Positions 38,113 to 51,954 of a DNA stretch of 64,000 bases are shown piece by piece (the stretch's first letter is position 1; each line of letters begins with the position of its first letter). This stretch comes from Hydrolagus affinis (taxonomy: Eukaryota): assembly GCA_012026655.1 (NCBI GenBank), contig JAAILG010001267.1, forward strand, positions 1-64,000. Reading direction: 5' to 3'. The position numbers and the translations under genes were made by a program. Under the pieces are notes generated by a model. The model was given only the letters and a program-made list of their open reading frames with translations, was not told where the DNA came from and did no database searches.

Positions 38113-39861
38113 AGAAGGGAAATAAATAGTAGAGAAGGTGAGCAGGGCAAAAGTGAAGATTGAAAGTCACTTGGAAGAGAAGAGCAGAACATCTTCAAGG
38201 TAGACATTCCTACAAGAGAAGTGGCAGTGAATTAAACATAAACAAAAACGCAAAATACTTCCACCTTCTTCGTACCATTTTGCCTTAAAGTTTAGGATTG
38301 GGTAAAAGTAGGGCAAAGTTCTTATATATAGTTTTATTGTCGGTCGTCCTGCAGATCTTCAAATTTAACGTGCTTCCAACTTAAGGCTGAGTGAAAAAAT
38401 ACTACAAAATTCAGTGGAGTCATGATTTTTAAGACAAGACAGTCCCCAAAGGCCAGGACCGAGTGGAATTTTGCCCCAGGCATCTTTTGTTCAGTGATCT
38501 TCACGTTAGCATCTGTGCAAGTGATTTAAACAAATCAAAACAAATAATGACTTTTATACGCTATTAAATTACTTTTATGTCTTGGTAGTTATTCTGATTT
38601 GGCTGATAAATTTTACCGATACTGACTCAATTGTCCAATACTTCATAATGTAGACATTTATGCCCTACGCATACACTAGAAACCATGGTATTATTTTTCA
38701 CAGTTTATATATTTTTTTGCTAAGGTTTTCAAAATTGGTTACCATAAGTCAACATGCCCTGTAACATTGTACAAATGGGCTAGAACAAGAATAATATTAT
38801 CAGCCTCACTGAACCCTGAACCATTCGTTATTTTCAAGATAATCAGCATAAAATAATCTGTTTTCCTTAAACAAAGCACCATTTATCAGTCCTTTTTACT
38901 TATTCATTTACAGCCCCAGTTCTGGGTCCAGTGTCACTCCATAGTACAGTATATTGAATAGGAAGGTTGTAACTTCAAGAACCAAGTGTTGAAAGATGCA
39001 GCCGATGACAACTTGTAAGCAGTTCCGTGGCAGCCTGTTTAGCGAGATTAATGAGGTCCCATCACCTAGCAGCAATGCAAGGAGGACAAGCTACTTAGGG
39101 CTGGGGCACAGATTCAACCTGCCCAGCAAATTACAAATGATTTGAATCTGTCGCATTCATAAACCCTGCTAACCTGCTAAGTCTCCTTTCTTGGGGGGAT
39201 CGGCCGGGTGTCTGACACATGCGGCAACCCATGACCGTGCTTAAGGGCAGCCAAACCAATCCATTGTGTCATTCAAGTGTAAACCTGGTTGTAGCTCAAA
39301 TCAAAGGTATGCCAAGCCATCAGCAGGTGGGTCATTTGAGTCAGTTTATATTCTTGGTTAGCTTTATGTCGTAGATTGCACTTAAGAACATGCCATTGTT
39401 TCTGCTGTGATCTGCCAAGATTACATTGATGTTCTCCATCGCTTCCTCCATGCTGAGTAGAGACCTGGCCTGGTGGTCTCTGCATCTCTGATGGAAGTCT
39501 GCCCATTCAGCGAGCTACTGTTGAGAAACGCCATCTGCCCCTGGTTGTTCCATCATTAAAGCACAAGATTTACTCTGTTCCTTAGCATTTCAAAGTGTGC
39601 AGAATTTGGCAAATTCCTAAACGCATTTTGAAGTCTAAATTTTTCCGTGTTTTTTTTTAAGAACTACGCCAAACTGGCCTCAAAAATTTGAGATTTCATT
39701 GAAGAATCTGCCAAATTTTTCACACACAGTAGAGTTTATATTTGGGTGGATTTATTCAGCTCAAAAACCCAAATTATGTGTCATAACTGTTAACTGGTAC
39801 GATATATTTTAATTTGTTCATCATTGTTTTTTAACTCTTCTTACAATTTATCCCACAAAAG

Positions 39862-40097
39862 ATCAAGTGAGGAACAGTTACCAGCTTTGCAACAATGGAA
39901 CCCTTCGAGTCATGTATGCCAATGGAATGGGGGTCAGTTTTTACACTGAACCTCATATACTCGCCGGCACCATAAGTCCAACTGTTGGCCGACGCAATAT
40001 CACTCTTCCGGTAGAAAATGGGCTGAACTCGATTGAATGGCGACTCAGGAAAGAACAGACTAAGGGCAAAGTGACTGTGTTTGGAAGGAAACTTAGG
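39862..40097 (+). CDS. TENM2: TENM2 exon ([13 protein letters not shown]...FGRKLR)
   Basis: caaaag| acceptor; AGG|gtaagc donor; 236 nt. Confidence 0.93.
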
Positions 40098-40704
40098 GTA
40101 AGCAACTTCTCACAAATTCATTAACATTTCTGGGGAAGTCAAAAACTATTTGGACTTTGAGTCCTACACAATGATTGTATGTTAGGTGTCTTGGAGACGT
40201 CTAGAAGATGTGAAAAGCGCTATGTCAAATTCAAGGATTATTATTAATTAAGATATAGGGTCCAATGACATTGGATATATTAAAATATCTTAAATGTGTG
40301 GTTTTGCCTTGAAGCCTTCATTTCATTTCTCACGAATGCCACATGTCGAACTTTGATTACCGGTAAGCAGAGACGAAAGGAACCCATTTACAGACTATGT
40401 TGGCTGGTCCTTTATGAAGTGTACAAGAGCATTGACTTAGCCTCCAATAATTCCATCTCACTATCGTGCCTTGCTCCCAGGACTGTCTCCATCAGGCCTT
40501 AATTGTGTTGAACATCCAAATAAAACTTCCCTCAGATGAAATAGGTAAATGCAGTCCCCAATGCAGCACTATGTTATACAGACTGGAGCACATACTCTAT
40601 TTAAATTCTCTGCATGTGCTGAATTGATTGATTGATTCAATGATTCATTGATCTCAGCCATGCACTTAAAAAGAGAGAGAGAAAAAAAACAGCCCGATAC
40701 TGCA

Positions 40705-40915
40705 TTGTTACAGTCTGGAATGCACTGCCTGAAAGGGTGGTAAAAGCAGACTCAATTGTAGCTCTCAAAAGCTACGATAGGTACTTGAAAAGTAAAAAAA
40801 ATTGCCAGGCAATGCGAAGAAGAACTGGAGAGTGGGACCGGTTGATAGCTCTTCCAAAAAGCCGGCACAGGCATGATGGGCCGAATGGTCTTTTTCTATG
40901 CTGTAAGATTCTACT
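40705..40915 (+). mobile_element. CR1-type LINE 3' end
   Basis: TGGAATGCACTGCCTGAAAGGGTGG...GATGGGCCGAATGG...GATTCTA tail. Confidence 0.75.
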
Positions 40916-41599
40916 AACCAGTGAACCATGCTGCAAAGTGCCACTTTTTAAGCATAGAGTGAGACAGGATCCAAGGCGTTTGTTATGACGTTTGCTGACA
41001 CTCACGGCTTAGGCTGTCACACGGATAACACTTTGTTTAGTGAGATACCCTGAGGACACAAGCAACAAATTGAAGAACGGGGGGAAAAAAACAAATAAAC
41101 GAAACAGAACTGGTGATAAGATCGTAATTTACCTCTGCCAGAAAATAAAGCAATTTCTCAAGTCCTCTGCTATCCACTTTATATTCCAGGTTTCGGACTT
41201 ATAAAGAGAATAATTTTAAGGAGGCGCTTGAAAGCATAGTTCACATGCATGCTTTATTTTGGTGGGTTTTGGTGGGAGGAGGTAGTTGCTGGGAAGCTGT
41301 AAAGGAATGAAGTTTGCTATCTTTTAAAATTCCATATGGAGCAAATCGATAATGAAACTGTTAACCATGATGTTCATGCCCATTAGGGAAGGCTGAACGC
41401 ACCGGAGAGTCTTTGAACCCAAGCCAGCCTTGCGATCACTTAAATCATATTGATGATAATGTCATTTGAAAGCTGTCTTCTGTATTGCCAAAGCCAGCCA
41501 CAGAATGTAATCATCTATTGTAATTAAAATGAAATAAATTACTGTGCTCCCCCCCCCACCCCACCCCTCGCTTTGCCTTTGGGTAAAGAGAATGGCTTT

Positions 41600-41915
41600 G
41601 GTGATGGGGGGGTGGAGAAATCCAGAACATGGGGGCGTACTCTTAAAATTAGAGCTGAGCCATTTAGGAGTGAAATCAAGAGGCAGTTTTTCAACACAAA
41701 AGTGGGTGGAAAATATGGAACTGACTTCCCCAAAAAGGCTGTGGATGCTGGATTCATTCACATTTTCAAGACTGAGGTGGAGAAATCTTTGTTAGGTCAG
41801 GGTATAGAGGGATATGGGACATTAGAGTTAAGGTACAGGACAACCATGACCTAATAGAATGAGGGAACAGGCTCGAGGGGCTGAATGGCCCACCCCTTTT
41901 CCTATGTTCCTATGG
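41600..41915 (+). mobile_element. CR1-type LINE 3' end
   Basis: SRTWGRTLKIRAEPFRSEIKRQFF peptide; GGGGCTGAATGGCC...TTCCTATGTTCCTATG tail. Confidence 0.8.
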
Positions 41916-41949
41916 CATTTCTAACAAGGATTCTTTGATCTCGAAACAG

Positions 41950-42246
41950 GTGCACGGGCGGAACCTGCTGTCCATCGACTTCGATCGCAATTCCCGCACG
42001 GAGAAGATCTACGACGATCACCGCAAATTCACACTGAGGATTATTTACGACGCGCTGGGCAGGCCCACCAACTGGCTGCCGAGCAGCGGCCTGGCTGCCG
42101 TTAACGTCTCTTATTCTCCGAATGGCAAGCTGATCGGAGTCCAGCGTGGGGTGATGAGTGAGAAGACCGAGTACGACGGACAGGGCAGAGTCGTATCAAG
42201 GGTTTTCTCCGACGGAAAAGTGTGGAGCTACGCTTACCTGGATAAA
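41950..42246 (+). CDS. TENM2: TENM2 exon (YD; [12 protein letters not shown]...YAYLDK)
   Basis: aaacag| acceptor; AAA|gtatgt donor; 297 nt. Confidence 0.94.
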
Positions 42247-42286
42247 GTATGTGTTCCATCAGCGAGTGCCTCTAACATAATATGTA

Positions 42287-42603
42287 GGAGTCCTGTAGCT
42301 CAATGGTTAGAGCACTCGCCTTACAAGCGTGAGACCTGTGTTCGAATCCAACCAGGTCAGGGCGAAACCTTGGGCAAATTTTGTTACTCCACACACCTAA
42401 TAATAATCCCTCCAGAAAACCCACAATAATAAAATTGGGCATTTCAATCCACGACTATTTGTGGGACACTGCTGTGCGCAAATGGTTGCTGCGTTTCGCC
42501 CACAAATATACAGTCAATTCACTTTACAGTATATTTTGTGAAACGCTTTGAGACGGCTAGAAGATGTAAAAGCACTACATCAAATTCAAGGATTATTATT
42601 ATA
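42287..42603 (+). mobile_element. tRNA-derived SINE, full length, 40 nt after an exon donor
   Basis: Complete head, body and tail. Confidence 0.9.
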
Positions 42604-42609
42604 ATATAT

Positions 42610-42885
42610 ACAAGGGATGAGGAACTTCAGTTATGTAAAGAGACTAGAGAAGCTGGGATCTTTCTTCTTAGAGTAGAGAAGGTTAAGGGGAAATTTGATA
42701 GAGATATCCACATTTATCAAGGATTTTGATAGAGTAAATAAGTAGTAACTGGCGGGTAGGTTGGTAACCAGATGACATAGATTCAAGACAACTTGCCAAA
42801 AGAAGCAGAGGGGAGTTGAGGAGAAATGTTTTTACGCAGCGAGTCACAATCTGCGCTGTAGTATTCTATGGTTCTACGATTCTAT
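42610..42885 (+). mobile_element. CR1-type LINE 3' fragment
   Basis: AGACTAGAGAAGCTGGGA...AGAAGGTTAAGGGGA...; ATTCTATGGTTCTACGATTCT tail. Confidence 0.7.
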
Positions 42886-43253
42886 AAAAGGTTTATTTTT
42901 TTTCAGCCCCACTTTAACTACCCTGCAGCCATTTAGATAATAGGATCAGCAAAGCACTATTAATGTAGCCTGCTATGTAGAAACACCACCTGCGGCAATT
43001 TGCAGGCATGTAAAATTGAATTATAAATAAAAATAATAATTAAATTGAGGCAAATTGGAATTAGGATAGAGATTTTCTTCTGATGGAAATTATTTTGAAA
43101 ATTGTATTTAAATGAGTTTGCAGTTGCAATGGAAAGAACACTCTTGGAGAGTGACAATGTGCTTCCCCTTATGAAGAATCACAGAAATCCTGTGCCAATT
43201 CGCACTACTGCTGAGATTGAAGTTTAGAGATGTTTAGAGGCAGTTCGAAAGAA

Positions 43254-43560
43254 TGGAGTCCTGTAGCTCAGTGGTTAGAGCACTCGCCTCGTAAGCGAGA
43301 GACCTGAGTTCGATTTCCGACAGGGCGAAACCTTGGGCACGTTTACCTATCAGTAAGTAGGAACCTGGTTGTTAGATGATTCTTGGATCGCTTTTCCGGG
43401 AGCAATAATTCCTTTTGAAAAAATTATAAATTGGTCACTCAATCCACGAGTAGCCATGTTTCGCCCAGATGAATACACACTAAATCCACTTTACCATACA
43501 TTCTATGAGATGCCTCAGCAACGTGATAAGGCACTATATCAAATGGAAGGATTATTATTA
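43254..43560 (+). mobile_element. tRNA-derived SINE (long-body subfamily)
   Basis: Family head plus an extra GTTTACCTATCAGTAAGTAGGAACCTGGTTG...GGATCGCTTT segment. Confidence 0.8.
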
Positions 43561-44049
43561 TCTGACAAAGGGTCTCAGTAATGCCCACTGAATTAATAGA
43601 AATTCAGGGATTTGCTGTTGAGTCCTTCGACATCTTCATGGACTTTAAGATTGACTCAGTTAGAAGACAATCCAGGTGTTCAGTCAGATGGAGTGGTAGA
43701 AAGCAGGCCTGTCCCAAGCCAAGCCGGTTGATACTGAGCTGAGGCTTTGACTGAAATCTCCCATGTCCAGTTTTATCTCCAGCTGGTAGTGGATTTGAAA
43801 ACTGGGACATTACAGGCTGCCTGAAGCAGAACAACACAATGTGTTTGTCTGCCGAGTATGTATAAGAGACCATCATTAAACCTCACCAAAGAGCAACTCT
43901 GAATCCACAGCAGAAATACCACTTGTTGATGGACAAGCCATGCTTGCCTGAAATTCTCTTAACTATTTTTTAGCTACGTAGCAAAATAGGGCTGTTGCAT
44001 CTATACTCTTTACACTACTTTTACCATCAGAATTATGCAATGATAGTAT

Positions 44050-44400
44050 TAATAATAATAATCCTTGCATTTGACATAGTGCCTTATCATGCCGTTGAAA
44101 CATCTCAAAGCAATTCACAGAATATATTACAAAGTGAACTGATCAAATATTTTGTGGGCAGAATGCAGCAGCCAATTGCACATAGCAGTGTCCCACCAAC
44201 ACTCATAGATTGAGTGACCACATTTTTTGGGAGGGATTAAGCAATTTGCCAAACCAACTAACAACCAGCTTTCTACTTACTGCTAAGTAAACAGAGGTGT
44301 GTGGAATATGGAAACTCGCTAAGGTTTCGCCGTAGCCGAGAATTTAACCTGGGTTGTGTCGCTTGTGAAGAGAGCTCTAACCACTATACCATGGGAATCC
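44050..44400 (-). mobile_element. tRNA-derived SINE (long-body subfamily), antisense
   Basis: Reverse tail, body, TACTTACTGCTAAGTAAACAGAGG segment and head. Confidence 0.78.
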
Positions 44401-46357
44401 ATAAAAACATAAGGAAATAGAGGGAAAGTAGGAGTCTACAAGAAAGGCACACTTATGATTCAGAAACATCTATCTCATGTATTCCTACTTCTTCCAAATA
44501 GAGGCACCCTCTCCCTCTGTGCTGTGCTGTACTGTGGTACCTTCTCGTGACAAAGGTTTCATGTTACACTTGCTATTCCTGTGTAATTGTAATAATGATA
44601 TCTGCAATTGAGATCACAGCTTATCATGTCACAACATCTCACAGCACTTCACTGAGCAAGTCTTTTCGAAGTACAGTGACTTCGGCAATATGAGCAAACA
44701 TAGCAGTTAGATTCCATAAACAGCAATGAGATAAGTGGCCAATTAGTCACATTTGTTTGGCGAATTTTGGATGAGCAAAATACCAAAAATAGTGAACTTC
44801 TTGCTCTTTAGTATAGCATCACGGGATCATTAACATCCATCTCAATCAATGTAATTAGCAGGCAGCTCCTCTGCTGAACATCTCATGTGCCAACAATACA
44901 ACATTCCCTCAGTATTAAACTGGAGTGTGTCAAGCTTAAATGTGATATCTAGCCTTAATCTGGTTAATCTGGTGCTTGAATACACAAACTGTCCTTTGTG
45001 TTGTGACTCTACACATGTGTAGGAAAATCCTCAAATGAGCACCCTTTGCGAAAGTCGTGCTTTCTAATGCAAAGTGTGATACCAGCCCTATTTCTCAAAG
45101 CCACTATATATTTTTTTAATCATTTCTATTATAGAAATAACACTGACGGCAGTGTTAATATCGTAACATCACACGGGGATACAGTGTATCTCCCTTCCCA
45201 AGGCGGCTGATTTTGACAAATGGAAAATATTTTACTTTGGAGAAAATGTTAATGAATGTTGTGTCCAAGCGACGTTGCTTTGAGGCACAGTTTTTCTTCA
45301 CATTGAGGTTTTCAGTCAGTCCTGTCAAATAGTCCACTGCAGCTTTATTCTAATTGACCACTATGTCAAATTACCGAAACCCATCAGGCGGTCCTGTAAG
45401 CAAGTACATTGTCCCAATCAGAAACAAATTCGAACAAAATGATAGCGTGTGATGTAGCGTGGGACTCTGCACTGAAAGAATAAGCCCAAAGCTGATTGAA
45501 GCATAAGTGACAAGTCTCCTGCTTTAATGAGTTGGAGAACCAGCGACAGTATAGGGGGCAACAGTGCAACCCACTCTGGCACGCTGCGCAAGGGAGTGAT
45601 ATAGTGGAAGTTTGTGCTTTCAATCTCCCACAGCCGGGGACTTTCTTTTCTTCGCTGTGCGATCCACAACTCAGAGAAATGTTGGGAATGCGGGTGGGTT
45701 CCCCTTCCCCCACATGAGAAACTGCTCGACAGTGACTTGGAAGGAGCGCAGGCAACTGGGTGCGATCTCAACCAGATAAGCTGGCAAAGCGAAGGAAATC
45801 CGAAACACTTTACAAATTAATTAAATAAGCTCAAAGATTCTTCCCCCAGACTGGTGTCCCACCAGCCCACCCTGCCGTCTTACCTTCTGCTGTGATTACA
45901 GTCTCTTTTTGGTACTGAAATTAAAACTTTGTTGCGTTTATCGTGAAAGCCTTGCAGAAGTTCGGCTATTTTAAGGACTCTGCCGGCTGTCTAGTATGAA
46001 TTGAGGGCAAAAAAACAGATCAAAGCCTCCCATATTCCCTGTTTTAGCATAAGTCATTGCAATCTGAAGTCACAAGCTAAATGTTTATCCATAAAACTTC
46101 CTAGCCATCAATTTGTTGTCCTGGCCAATAATCCCCAGAATAAAATTGGTCACTCACTCCTGAGCTGTCTGTGCGCAACAGGCTGCCGCATTTCACCTAT
46201 AAACAAAATACACCATCAATCCGCTTTACAGTATATACTGTGAAGCGCTTTGAGATGTCTCAACAATGTGATAAGGCGCTGTATCAAGTGGACGGATTGT
46301 CAGTGTTGTTGAAGAAGCTATTGCCCGTACCTTTTTTTTTATCTTTGTCTCCCACAG

Positions 46358-47972
46358 TCTTTGGTGTTGTTGCTGCAGAGCCAACGCCAGTACATCTTTG
46401 AGTTTGACCAGAATGAAAACCTCCTGGCTGTCACCATGCCCAGCGTCGCTCGCCACACCATGTCCACCCACAATTCCATCGGCTACATCCGCAACATATA
46501 TCATCCTCCGGAGAGCAACGCCTCGATGATTTTCGACTTCACCAACGAAGGGCGCATCCTGAAATCGTCCTACCTGGGCACCGGGAGGCAAGTCTTCTAC
46601 AAGTACGGCAAGCTGTTGAAACTCACCGAGATCCTGTACGACAGCACGGCCGTGACGTTTGGTTACGACGAGACCACGGGGGTCCTCAAGATGGTCAACC
46701 TGCAAAGCGGCGGCTTCTCGTGCACCATCCGCTACCGCAAGGTCGGCCCGCTCATCGACCGACAGATGTACCGGTACTCAGAGGAAGGCATGGTGAACGC
46801 GCGGTTCGATTACACCTACCACGACAACAGCTTCCGGGTGGCCAGCATGAAGCCGGTCATCAGCGAGACCCCACTCCCCGTGGACCTCTACCGCTACGAT
46901 GAGATATCGGGCAAGGTCGAACATTTCGGCAAGTTCGGGGTCATATATTACGACATCAACCAGATCATCACCACGGCCGTGATGACTCTCAGCAAGCACT
47001 TTGACACGCACGGGCGCATCAAGGAGGTCCAATACGAGATATTTAGATCCCTCATGTACTGGATGACAGTTCAATACGACAGCATGGGTCGGGTGATCAA
47101 GAGGGAGATCAAGGTTGGCCCTTACGCCAACACGACCAAGTATAACTACGACTATGACGGAGACGGGCAACTGCAGACCGTCACTGTGAACGACAAAGCT
47201 ACTTGGCGCTATAGTTACGACCTCAACGGCAACCTGCATCTGTTGCACCCCGGAAGCAGCATCCGCCTCATGCCCCTGCGCTACGATCTCCGAGACAGGA
47301 TTACCCGCTTGGGGGACATGCAGTACAAACTGGATGAAGACGGCCTCCTCTCCCAGCGAGGCTCCGACGTGTTCCAGTACAATTCCAAAAGTCTGCTCGT
47401 CCGGGTTTACAGTAAAGTCAACGGGTGGAGCGTGCAGTACCGTTACGATGGCCTGGCTCGCAGGGTCTCCAGCAGGACCAATTTCGGACAGCACCTGCAG
47501 TTCTTCTACGCCGATCTCAACAACCCAACTAGGGTGACCCACGTTTACAACCACTCCAGTTCGGAGATCACATCGCTTTACTATGATCTCCAGGGCCATC
47601 TCTTTGCCATGGAGATAAGCAGCGGAGAAGAGTTCTACATTGCCTCAGACAACACCGGCACCCCTCTGGCAGTCTTCAGCAGCAGAGGATTGATGATCAA
47701 GCAGCTCCAATACACCGCCTATGGTGAAATATACCATGACTCTAACCCTGACTTCCAGCTGGTGGTAGGATTTCATGGTGGCCTCTATGAGCCTCTCACT
47801 AAGCTGGTTCACTTTGGGCAGAGGGACTACGATGTCTTGGCTGGACGCTGGACCGGTCCCGATTATTCCATATGGAAGGAAATTGGCAAAGATCCTGCGC
47901 CCTTTAACCTGTACATGTTCAAGAACAACAACCCTCTGAGCAATATACAGGACGTCGCAGATTATGTTACCG
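46358..47972 (+). CDS. TENM2: TENM2 large exon (YD-repeat shell and RHS-core-like motif)
   Basis: ccacag| acceptor; G|gtaaga donor; 1615 nt. Many YD/YxYD repeats plus GFHGGLY...[13 protein letters not shown]...[10 protein letters not shown]. Confidence 0.95.
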
Positions 47973-48827
47973 GTAAGATTGCTCGGAAATATTGCTTGAA
48001 TTCAGGCTCCCCTTCACACTGGTTCCCCGAAAAGGAGTTGATGAACAAGGGATATGGGGAAAGAGCAAGTAAATGGGATGGAAAAGATTGTTCTGAATGC
48101 AGATATGATGAGCCTTCTTCTGTGCAGTAAATTTCTCTGATACGAAAATCAAAATGGGTTTTGAGGTTATGACAGAATTATAGCGCAGTCGATTGAAGAG
48201 ACATGAAGAGTGTAGTTTTGCATCGAGTAAACGGGCAAAGAGGATTCAGGAAAGGGAGAAACTTTAAGGCTTAATTATAATAGAAATGGGTAAACGTGTG
48301 CCTCAGAAGCCAGAAAATTATCTCCAGATGGTTTTCAGCCGCAGGGGACTAAAATAAATAAGTGAAGAAATTACAGAGGCTTTAATTATTATTTTCTAAA
48401 GTTCAGTAGGTTTGGGAATTGTACCAAAGGACTTTGGGGCAGCAAATGTAACTCTAAATTCACTTGTTAGTCTATTGATTTCAGCTTCAAATGGGAGGAG
48501 GCTGCTTGATGTTGATTTTCGTCAAAACATTGGAAAATGTATCCACGCTTTGACAAACACCAACAGCCTCATAGTGAAGGCATTTATTTCAATTATTTTG
48601 GTCTGGGGAAATCATAATAATAACAGTACTCATTGCGTTTGATATAGCGCTTTTTCACGTTTTCTAGACATCTCAAAGCGCTTCACAGAATACACTGTAA
48701 AGTGAATTGACTGTATATTTTGTGGGAGAAAGCATGAATGCTTATGTTTTTTCCCCCGTTTACTCTGTCTTTGATCGTCACCCCATGTATCGTATGAATA
48801 TTGAATATTGATTCCCTCTTCCCGCAG

Positions 48828-48958
48828 ATGTGAAAAGTTGGCTTGTGACGTTCGGGTTCCAGCTGTACAACATCATTCCTGGATTCCCAAAGCCGGCCAT
48901 TCACTTTGCGAAACCTCCTTACGAACTAGTGGAGAGTCAAGAACGTGAAAACATGCAG
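48828..48958 (+). CDS. TENM2: TENM2 exon ([13 protein letters not shown]...ENMQ)
   Basis: ccgcag| acceptor; CAG|gtaagg donor; 131 nt. Confidence 0.93.
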
Positions 48959-50079
48959 GTAAGGCATAAGATCCAGCTAATCACTCGTTGCATTCTGCCT
49001 CCAGGCCTGCTGGCCATCCTTCCAGAGTATAATGACAATCCTTGTATTTGATATCCGAGTGCCTTCTCACGTCATTGAGGCGTCTCAAAGCGCTTCGCAG
49101 CATATACAGCTGTGCACAATTGGCAGCTGCGTTTCGCCCCAAAATTTACAGTCAATTCACTTTGCAGTACTTTACAGTGTGAAGCGCTTTGAGAGTTCTC
49201 AAAGCGCTATATCAAATGCATGTATTATTATTATATTGTAAAGTGATGTGACTGTGGCAGAAAATTACGCACAGCAAGTGTCCCAGTAATAGTCACGGAT
49301 TGAGTGACCACATTTATGTATATTTATTTCTTTGGATTTTTTCTCCCATATACATTTCGCAACTGGTCAATTTAACAGCTGAAAAAAAGAGAAGCACTTC
49401 AATGTTTCAGATCTGGACCATTAATCCCAGCTCAATAAGATGCTATAGATTGCCGATCTTTCTGGGGATCTATTTTTTCCCCCCACAGAGTGTCAGAAAC
49501 TGCAATTTTCTTTGTGTTTTGACCCGACCGCTTGTGCTCACAATTCCACCTCTGTATTCCGAAAGTGAAATGATAATGTGCAACAGTGATCAATGCAATC
49601 GATGAGGCTAGTTGGCCGGATGCCATCTTAACTCAACAAGGAAAAATCCACATGAAGTCAGTATGCCCAGGTCGGCTCAGACCTTCAGATGAGAAGTTAA
49701 CCTGACATTATGATCTCTCGGTACTATTTGAAAGGAGAAGGTTGTTTCTCTGTGTCCCGGCCAACAAATCCCACAAATAAAATTGACGTTTTGTGGGACA
49801 CTGCTGTGCATTTTGCATTTTCGCCCACAGTCAATCCATTTCATAGTATATTCTGTGAAGCGCTTTGAGGAGTCTCTATTATGTGATGAGGTGCTACATC
49901 AAATGCAATGTAATAAAACCAGGGGGATATGAGGGGGGGTGGTGGCAGTCAAGGTCTGTGTTTAGTTATCAACTTGCTCACCCGCATATTTCAACTGATG
50001 ATCATTATCATTCCGCACCCCGCTCTCTTCACACCAAATAGAGATGCTAACTTTCTTCCCTTTTGTCTCTGGTGTTCAG

Positions 50080-50841
50080 TTCGTTTCAGGGGTGCAGCAA
50101 GTAGCAGAAAGACTCAACAAAGCCTTCATGACCCTGGAAGGCTGCTCACTGGCCAAACCCATCAGGTTAGGCCACAAGGACAGGCCAGGACACTGGTTTG
50201 CAGTCACCGATTCCATCATTGGGAAGGGAGTCATGTTTGCTGTCAAAGAAGGCAGAATAACAACCGGCAGCACTAGCCTGGCTAATGACGACAGCAGGAA
50301 AATAGCGACCATTCTGAACAACGCCTACTATCTGGAAAAGATGCACTACACCATCAACGGGAAAGACACCCACTACTTGGTGAAAATCGGGTTGTCGGAC
50401 GGAGACCTGGCAACGCTGGGCATGACAAGTGGCCGCAAAGTGCTGGAGAACGGGATTAACATCACAGTTTCTCAACCGGCAATTCTGCTTAACGGCAGGA
50501 CTCGAAGGTTCACAAACATTGAATTCCAGCACGGAGCCTTGTTGCTCAACATCCGCTACGGAATCACACCAGACACGCTGGATGAGGAGCGGGCACGGCT
50601 GCTGGAGCAGGCCAGGCTAAGGGCCCTAGCGAACGCCTGGGCTAGGGAACAGCGCAACGCAAGGGAAGGCAAGGAAGGAAGTCGACTGTGGACTGAGGGA
50701 GAGAAACAACAATTGCTGAGCGCTGGCAGGATTCAAGGATACGAGGGGTACTATGTGTTGCCAGTGGAACAGTACCCAGAGCTGGCAGACAGTTCCACCA
50801 ATATTCAGTTCCTGAGACAGAACGAGATGGGAAAGAGGTAA
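50080..50841 (+). CDS. TENM2: TENM2 terminal coding exon (ABD-like, Tox-GHH domain, TCAP-2)
   Basis: gttcag| acceptor; ends [44 protein letters not shown]; TAA at 50839-50841. Confidence 0.95.
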   Translation, partial: FVSGVQQVAERLNKAFMTLEGCSLAKPIRLGHKDRPGHWFAVTDSIIGKGVMFAVKEGRITTGSTSLANDDSRKIATILNNAYYLEKMHYTINGKDTHYLVKIGLSDGDLATLGMTSGRKVLENGINITVSQPAILLNGRTRRFTNIEFQHGALLLNIRYGITPDTLDEERARLLEQARLRALANAWAREQRNAREGKEGSRLWTEGEKQQLLSAGRIQGYEGYYVLPVEQYPELADSSTNIQFLRQNEMGKR

Positions 50842-51282
50842 CAAAGCGTACTGCTGTCATCTCTAGCACCAGCTGGATGAGTAATCACAATCACCCTCTC
50901 CTCTCCTAAGGAGATGGAAACTATAAAGGGGACGTTTGAAACTAAGCTACTTTGGGAACTGAACTGAGGAGAAGAACAACCAAGCTCACGTGAAATGAGT
51001 TCGTCGGCACACAAGGACTCCAGAACGGGACTGGAGCCCAAGAGAAACAAACAAAAAAATGAATTGCTTGACAAAGTGCCCCCTTTTTATAACATGGCCC
51101 AGGTCCTCTGGGTTGATGAAACGTAAAATAGGCAAGTCTCCCGTCTCTTTTCTTCACTCGGTAAATTTACTGCCTCACAGGTTATGTCATTTGAAACACT
51201 TGAATCCAAAATGACTACCTTGAAAGAGTCCAGCAACTACAGAGATGCAACCACCTTTTGTAATATAAACCCCCCCCCAAAG

Positions 51283-51382
51283 NNNNNNNNNNNNNNNNNN
51301 NNNNNNNNNNNNNNNNNNNNNNNNNNNNNNNNNNNNNNNNNNNNNNNNNNNNNNNNNNNNNNNNNNNNNNNNNNNNNNNNNN
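51283..51382. other. Assembly gap (100 N) within the 3' UTR
   Basis: Run of N. Confidence 1.
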
Positions 51383-51948
51383 AGGGAGGGCAATGTATCT
51401 CTGAGGATGTGACGTAATTATTAAACAAGATATGTTATTGTCATACACACCGTGGTACTCTTTTTAAAAAAAATGGAAAAATAAAACGACATTGTGGACA
51501 GATTGACGTGTGCAGGGTGTATTCTGCATAGTTTCTTAAAAGTAGTTTGTCAGTAATGGTTTATGGTAGAGTTGTGGCCAATGTTTCACTGCTATTGAAC
51601 AGCACTGCTTTTCACCGGCCCTGTAAACTAAGACACGGGGAGGGGAGGGAGGGAGGGAGGGAAGGAAGGGAGGGAGCGAGCGATATAATGTGCGATCAAT
51701 GAAACCCTGCTCGCTTTGTTACTTGCCTCTCAAATTACGACAATCACACTGAAGTCACCAGAAGGCAAAATGAGATCTTTATTAAATGACTTTTTTTTTG
51801 TAAAACTGTACATGGAAGAATTGTCCTTGGAGGATTTTATATTCATTTAAATTTTTTGCTGCTCAGCAAATATTAGTCACAGGAAAAAAAAATGAAGACA
51901 AAAAAAGATAATTTATGTAAAGGTGTTTCAAAAATGTTTATACTTTAA

Positions 51949-51954
51949 AATAAA
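51949..51954 (+). terminator. Probable polyadenylation signal AATAAA (3' UTR about 50842-51975)
   Basis: AATAAA at the end of an AU-rich, largely repeat-free stretch, followed by GT-containing sequence; SINE debris resumes at about 52100. Another AATAAA near 51480 is an alternative. Confidence 0.5.

Noticed and set aside
46226-47599. Long minus-strand ORFs (273 aa and 159 aa), and similar ones at 34012-34425 and 50167-50532
   Set aside because: Antisense shadows of GC3-rich TENM2 exons; no recognisable domain or independent gene structure.
46358-50841. Bacterial RHS/YD toxin system or recent horizontal transfer
   Set aside because: The YD/RHS/Tox-GHH features sit in spliced exons of an ordinary vertebrate teneurin; there is no operon, immunity gene or prokaryotic context.
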